Source: Rebecca billardiae RCC1528
Lineage: Eukaryota > Protista > Haptophyta
Direction: 5' to 3'
Length of the DNA: 64,000 nt
Assembly (NCBI GenBank): GCA_965240325.2
Contig: OZ251236.1
Location: 124,001 to 188,000, forward strand
The notes beneath the pieces were generated by a model that did no database searches, was not told where the DNA came from, and was given only the letters and a program-made list of their open reading frames with translations. Below are positions 59,330 through 64,000 of the stretch, piece after piece (the stretch's first letter is position 1; the number at the start of each line of letters is the position of its first letter). Both the position numbers and the translations under genes were made by a program.

Positions 59330-60718
59330 TCACTATACGTTACCAGTCGGGTCGCGGTGCCTGCTGGCATCGTCCTCGGCCGCTCGCAGCTCAGACGCTG
59401 CGCTGATCGGTACGCCCGCGCTTACGCTGTGCGCGCCGGCTGGGCCCAGCGCAAGCGCCTCGATGAAGGCGGCTAAGGGCGTCAAGCCGTACTCGGTTGA
59501 GGCGCGAAAGCGGAGACCTACAAGATATGGCGCGCGGTAGTTGCCCAGAAGGCGGCTGCCATGCGGTGGTGTTGGGGCGCGCGGCTGCGTGCTCGGCCGA
59601 CGACAACGAGCCCTCTGGCACGCTCTCATCATCGAAGTTGAGTGTGTTCACAGCCACGCCGGCGGGGATGCGCTGGAAGACTGCTCCAGCCTTCCGCGCC
59701 AACGTTGAGCTTGCCAAGCAGTAGTCGGCACGCCAGGCCGCCAAGCTCGCGCGCCTTCGTGAGCAGCACGAGGCCGAACTTGATGACGCGCGCTAGGCTG
59801 AGGCGGTGAGGTTCGACGCGGCTGAGCTCGCCGACCAGCTCGGTATCCTTCCTGCACACGCCGTAGAGGTCGCCGCGCCGAAGCCGGACAACATGCGGCT
59901 CAATGATGGCCAGAATGACTCGTGGTCGTTGCGGGAATTCAACCAGAAGAAGGCCGCGCGAACTGCGCAGAAGGAGGCGGAGGCGGCGCGTGCGCGTGCT
60001 GGCCGGCGGTCCGAAAGTTCACCAGGTCGACGTCGACGGCGAACGCCGGACGGTGCCCGCAGGGGGTGCCCGCAGGGTCTGGAGCTGCCCCGGGGGTGCC
60101 CGCAGGGTCTGGAGCTGACATCGACAGTCGCCTGGTGAGCTCGCATGCTTACCTGCCCCTGGGGTTGGCTGCTACATCACGCACGTGATGTCTGGAATGT
60201 ATGATGCCGTCAGCCCGACTCAAATGGCCTACCAGGCCGCAGCTGCTAGCAGACTCCGCGTGCATGCTGAGAGCATGCGGTCCGAAAGTGGTCGACGGTG
60301 CCCGCGGCGGCGCCAGCCGCAGCTGCCGTCTGGGCGGCTAGCGCGGAAGCTGAGTGAGCATGTTCGTCCGTTCCTGAGGTGGTCTACTGCATGTATGTTA
60401 TGTCTAGAATGCATGATGCCGTTAGCCCGACTCACACGGCTCACCAGGCAGCGACTCTGACTCGGCGCGCGCGCTGAGAGCCCGCGGGTCCGAAAGTTGA
60501 AGCATGCCGTCGGCGGCCCCGTCGTGGACCTCGTGGCGTCCGTGGGGCACATGGTAGTGGAACAAAGTCGTCTAAATGGTACATAGCCGCTGGGTTGTAC
60601 CTCAGGCACACCCTGGGGGTGCCGCCAGACGCGATCTCGAGCGCCGCAGACCCCCGGGGGCGCCGCCGCCATCGTGCACAACCAAGTGTGCACGTTAAAA
60701 TAACATAGTAAACTGTAG
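59330..60718 (+). mobile_element. Degenerate repeat remnant, possibly a 5'-truncated retroposon (left boundary approximate)
   Basis: Stop-riddled coiled-coil-like frame, internal duplications, and a 3' hairpin/tail shared with 46028-46062. Confidence 0.35.
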
Positions 60719-60837
60719 CAACGGTCGTTGAGCAAGCGACGCCATCGTCGCGCCTTGGCCCATTGTGCGGGTGCTCAAGCTCGGCCGCGGCCGCCGAGGT
60801 TGCGCGCGACAACGCCGAGCGAGACCGCCGCCACGCA

Positions 60838-62111
60838 ATGACGCGCGCGGCCGCCGGCGTCGCGGCGCTGCTGCCGGCGCTCGCGCTCAGCGCGGGGCGC
60901 TCGGCGGGCGCGGCCGCGCCGGCGAGCGCGCACCTCACGCCCGCCTCGCGCCCCGTCGAGGTCCTCGCCTTCCAGCGCTCCGGCTCCAATCTGCTTCGCA
61001 CCATCCACGGGCTGACGTACGCGACGAGCGCGTACGACGCGCGCGCGCACCCGGGCACGGCGGCGCACCGGTACTGCCTGGCGTGCGTGAACTGCACGAT
61101 CCCGGGCGTGGGCGGCATCGTGCGCAACGCGCCCGGGCAGACGCATTTCCGGCTGGACAAGCCGCTCTTCCGCCCGAAGCCGCCGTACACGGCATGTGGC
61201 TTCCCCACGCTGCCGCTCTCCGTGCACGCGCTCCCGGACCTGTCCGGACTGTACGGCGCGGCGGTGACGTTCCTCGTGGTGGTGAAGGAGCCGCTCTTCT
61301 GGCTCGTCTCGATCCTCAAGTTCTGGCACCTCAAGTGCCCCGACGTCACGCAGGAGCCGTGCGCGCACCTGCTGCGCGACTGGACGGATTACTACGGCCG
61401 CTGGCTCGAGCTCACGGGCGGGCGCGCGCGCGTCGAGGCGGGCGGGAGCGCGGTGGAGATCGTGCGGTACGAGGACGTGCTGCGCGACGCGGGCGGGCTG
61501 CTCGACCGCCTCGGCCGCACGTACGGCTGGGCGCGCCAGCCCAACCGGAGCGGGTTCGACTTGGCTTCGCTCGAGGTGCCGCGCCGCGCCGCGCCGCGCC
61601 GCGCCTGCGCTCGGCAGCGGCGCCGCGCCAGCCGCGCGGCGCGCGCCCGACCTCGCGAGTCGGCGCGCGGGCTGATCGGCGGGGCGCCCCTTCCGTCCCG
61701 CGCGCGCGCTCGCAGGTGCCGCACTCCGGCTCGGACGGCTTCTACCAGAAGCGGCGAGAGTCGGAGCACCGGACTTTCCTCGCGCGCCCGCGCCACCCGG
61801 ACTTTCCGGGCGACCCGCTGGCGTGGTACCGGCTCAACTGCCCGGCGCTGCGCGCCTTCTTCGCGCGGACCGACGTGCCGCAGCGCCTCGGGTACGACCT
61901 GTGGTACCTGCGCGAGTGCGACCCGCCGGGCGTGTCCAAGCGCTGGCGCGCGCTGCTCAACGCACGCCCGTGGCTGCTCGCGCTCGGCGCAGCCGCGGCG
62001 CTCGTGGGCGCGAGCTGGGTGGCGGCGCGCAGGCGCGCGGCGGCCGCGCTCGCCGGCGAGTACGCGCCGCTGCCCTCGGCCACCGGCGCGTCGCCCGGCA
62101 GCAGGCGGTAA
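60838..62111 (+). CDS. Sulfotransferase-like membrane protein; intron 61576-61715
   Basis: Signal peptide; QRSGSN PSB loop; VVVKEP..W.VS; VRYED; C-terminal transmembrane segment. Confidence 0.75.
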
Positions 62112-62870
62112 CGGATGCCCTCGCGGCGGGGTGCCTCGACGCGGCGGTGCCCAACGCCCGAACGCCGGCCCGCGGCGCCATAAGTCGTGACGCGCCGCCG
62201 GCAACTGCTCAGCTGAGCTTCTAGCTGGATCGTCATCTGTTCGAACGCCCGGAACGGCTCAGGCGCACCTCAATGCTAGCTGGACTGAGTGCACTAGTAC
62301 TACACCACCCTGGCTGATCGCATGATGCCGCCAGCCGCGATGCTCGGCAGTATGTGGCCCGGGCCCCGGGGAGTCGGGCTGTGGCGGACGAACTCGGCCA
62401 ACCGTCGTCGTCGTGGGCGTTCGGTCGCGTTTGCTTTCACCGCCTTCTAATGGCCCTGTAACGGCCGGCGGGTCGCTCTGCGACACCGCCATCAGAAAGG
62501 CCACAGTGGAAACCCGGGGACTTTGACCCCGCGCCCCTCTCGCGGGCTCTGGCGCGCGAACGCGTACCCACTAGTGCCCCCCGAGCCGGAGGTGGGCGCT
62601 CCGTGCACCAACAAAGACATCCCCAGCCGCATGTTGCCACTCGACACCTCGTCTTGCCTCGCGCGGAGCCAACTTATTGTGGCGTGCGGGAGCCACCCGT
62701 AGCACACTGGGCTGTGTAGCGACGCGCGTGGCGGGTCAACAGTGCATCGCGAAGGCGTCGCACGCGCAATCCGTTGAGTACATACTCATGTCTGTCCCAT
62801 GACGTGGGCGTCGTGGCCGCCGCGTATTATTTAGCAGGCTGCTGCTTCTGTGCTGCTGCTGCCGCACTGC

Positions 62871-62907
<37 letters not shown>

Positions 62908-62920
62908 GCCGCCACCGCCG

Positions 62921-64000
62921 CTATTGCCGCTGCCGTTGAGACGGAGACTGCCGCTCCTTCTGCTTGCGCCTCTTCGCCTTGGCGCGCGCGACGCCGCTGG
63001 GGAGCACGCGCGCGGCGGCGGCGCACGCTCTGGCCCGGCGGCAGCCGGGCCGATACTGCTCGAGGTACGCCGCGTCCCCACCGGCGCTCGCATTGAGCGC
63101 GGCCTGGAGCCCGCGCGTCGCGTCGCGCAGCGCCGCGCGCTGCCTGAGCGAGCACTTGGCGTCGGCGCGGCCCTTGACGCACAGCTGCGTCCACCAGCGG
63201 TAGGTCGCCTCGCGCGAGAAGGTGAAGGCGCGCGAGTACCGGCCTGCGCCGTGCACGCTGCCCGCGGACGCGCAGTCCGTGAACCACGGCGGCGTCGCGA
63301 TGTACTCGCGCCAGCGCGTGCCGTTGGCGCGCGCCACGTGCGCCGCCGCGGCCGCGCCCTCGCGCGCGCGCGCCCACTCGGCCTGCCACTCTGAGTGCGA
63401 GAGGGGAGGCCAGTTGGTTCCAAGGTTGACGATGCAGTGGTCGGAGATGAAGAGCGCGTCGAAGGCGGGGCGGTCGTGCCAGTGCCACGCGGCGCACTCC
63501 GCCCAGCGCGTCGCGCCGCTCACGCACGAGCGCTCCACGCGCACGCGCACGCCCGCGCGCTCGGCCGGCGCCGCGCTCACCGGCCACAGCCGCATCAGCA
63601 TGGCCGCCGCCGCCGCCGAGAGTACGTACGCGCCTGCGGACCAGATGGGCGTCCAGCAGGGCGCGCCGAGCTGCGCACCGCGCTGCGTGAGGCCGCGCTT
63701 GTCCAGCGCCGCCGCGCGCGACGGTGCCTCCGCCGACCACGCCGCGCGCGCCGCCCTCCAGTCGTTGGGCTCCATCACCGCCATCAGCTGCAGTAGCGAC
63801 CAGTCGCGCGGCAGCGTGCGCGCGAGCGCGCCGAGTGAGTCGGTGGGCGCGGCGCCGGCGGGCTCGGCGCGCCGGCCGACGGCGTGGAAGTGCACGAGCG
63901 GCGACACGTCCATGTCGTCCTCGAGGATCAGGAAGCCCGCCGCGCTCGCGCCGCCGTCGCGGCCGGCGCGCGCCGCCGAGCTGAGCGCGAGGTACGCAGC
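62921..64000 (-). CDS. Glycosyltransferase family 25-like protein (5' end outside the window)
   Basis: FLILEDD, LP.DW..LQL and W.AGAY.LS motifs. Confidence 0.7.
   Translation of the reverse strand, partial: AAYLALSSAARAGRDGGASAAGFLILEDDMDVSPLVHFHAVGRRAEPAGAAPTDSLGALARTLPRDWSLLQLMAVMEPNDWRAARAAWSAEAPSRAAALDKRGLTQRGAQLGAPCWTPIWSAGAYVLSAAAAAMLMRLWPVSAAPAERAGVRVRVERSCVSGATRWAECAAWHWHDRPAFDALFISDHCIVNLGTNWPPLSHSEWQAEWARAREGAAAAAHVARANGTRWREYIATPPWFTDCASAGSVHGAGRYSRAFTFSREATYRWWTQLCVKGRADAKCSLRQRAALRDATRGLQAALNASAGGDAAYLEQYRPGCRRARACAAAARVLPSGVARAKAKRRKQKERQSPSQRQRQ

Noticed and set aside
61574-61722. Introner-like intron with a 9-bp direct repeat AGGTGCCGC at both junctions
   Set aside because: Four bases are the splice consensus, the rest is GC-rich, and the other introns checked lack the pattern
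62220-62735. Possible mobile-element remnant between the sulfotransferase and GT25 3' ends
   Set aside because: Composition differs slightly, but no terminal repeats, TSD or coding motif were found

Overview
Very GC-rich, intron-containing eukaryotic DNA. Composition, GC-rich introns and GC-AG donors suggest a haptophyte-like alga (inference only). Host genes: a partial coiled-coil gene, DMAP1/SWC4, two tandem secreted methyltransferase-like genes, AHI1/jouberin, GPI, SSRP1, a gelsolin-repeat dual-specificity phosphatase, an unknown secreted protein, a class I HDAC, a YHM2-like mitochondrial carrier, a GMAP-210-like golgin, two sulfotransferase-like genes and a partial GT25. Mobile DNA: (1) a complete, apparently very young Ty1/copia element (1772-9145). 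Its gag-protease and integrase-RT-RNaseH frames are joined by a C_CCA_AAC slippery site plus a long hairpin, so it appears to use a programmed -1 frameshift between protease and integrase. It also lacks the integrase HHCC motif and a canonical PBS. (2) A tRNA-headed SINE-like element that the copia interrupts. (3) A TA-flanked MITE. (4) A full split-direct-repeat tyrosine-recombinase (Ngaro/PAT-type) retrotransposon (21044-29970). (5) A nested pair of unclassified DNA elements (53362-57958). A 3' stem-loop/tail motif is shared by three otherwise unrelated sequences. All calls are by eye from motifs; no searches were run.
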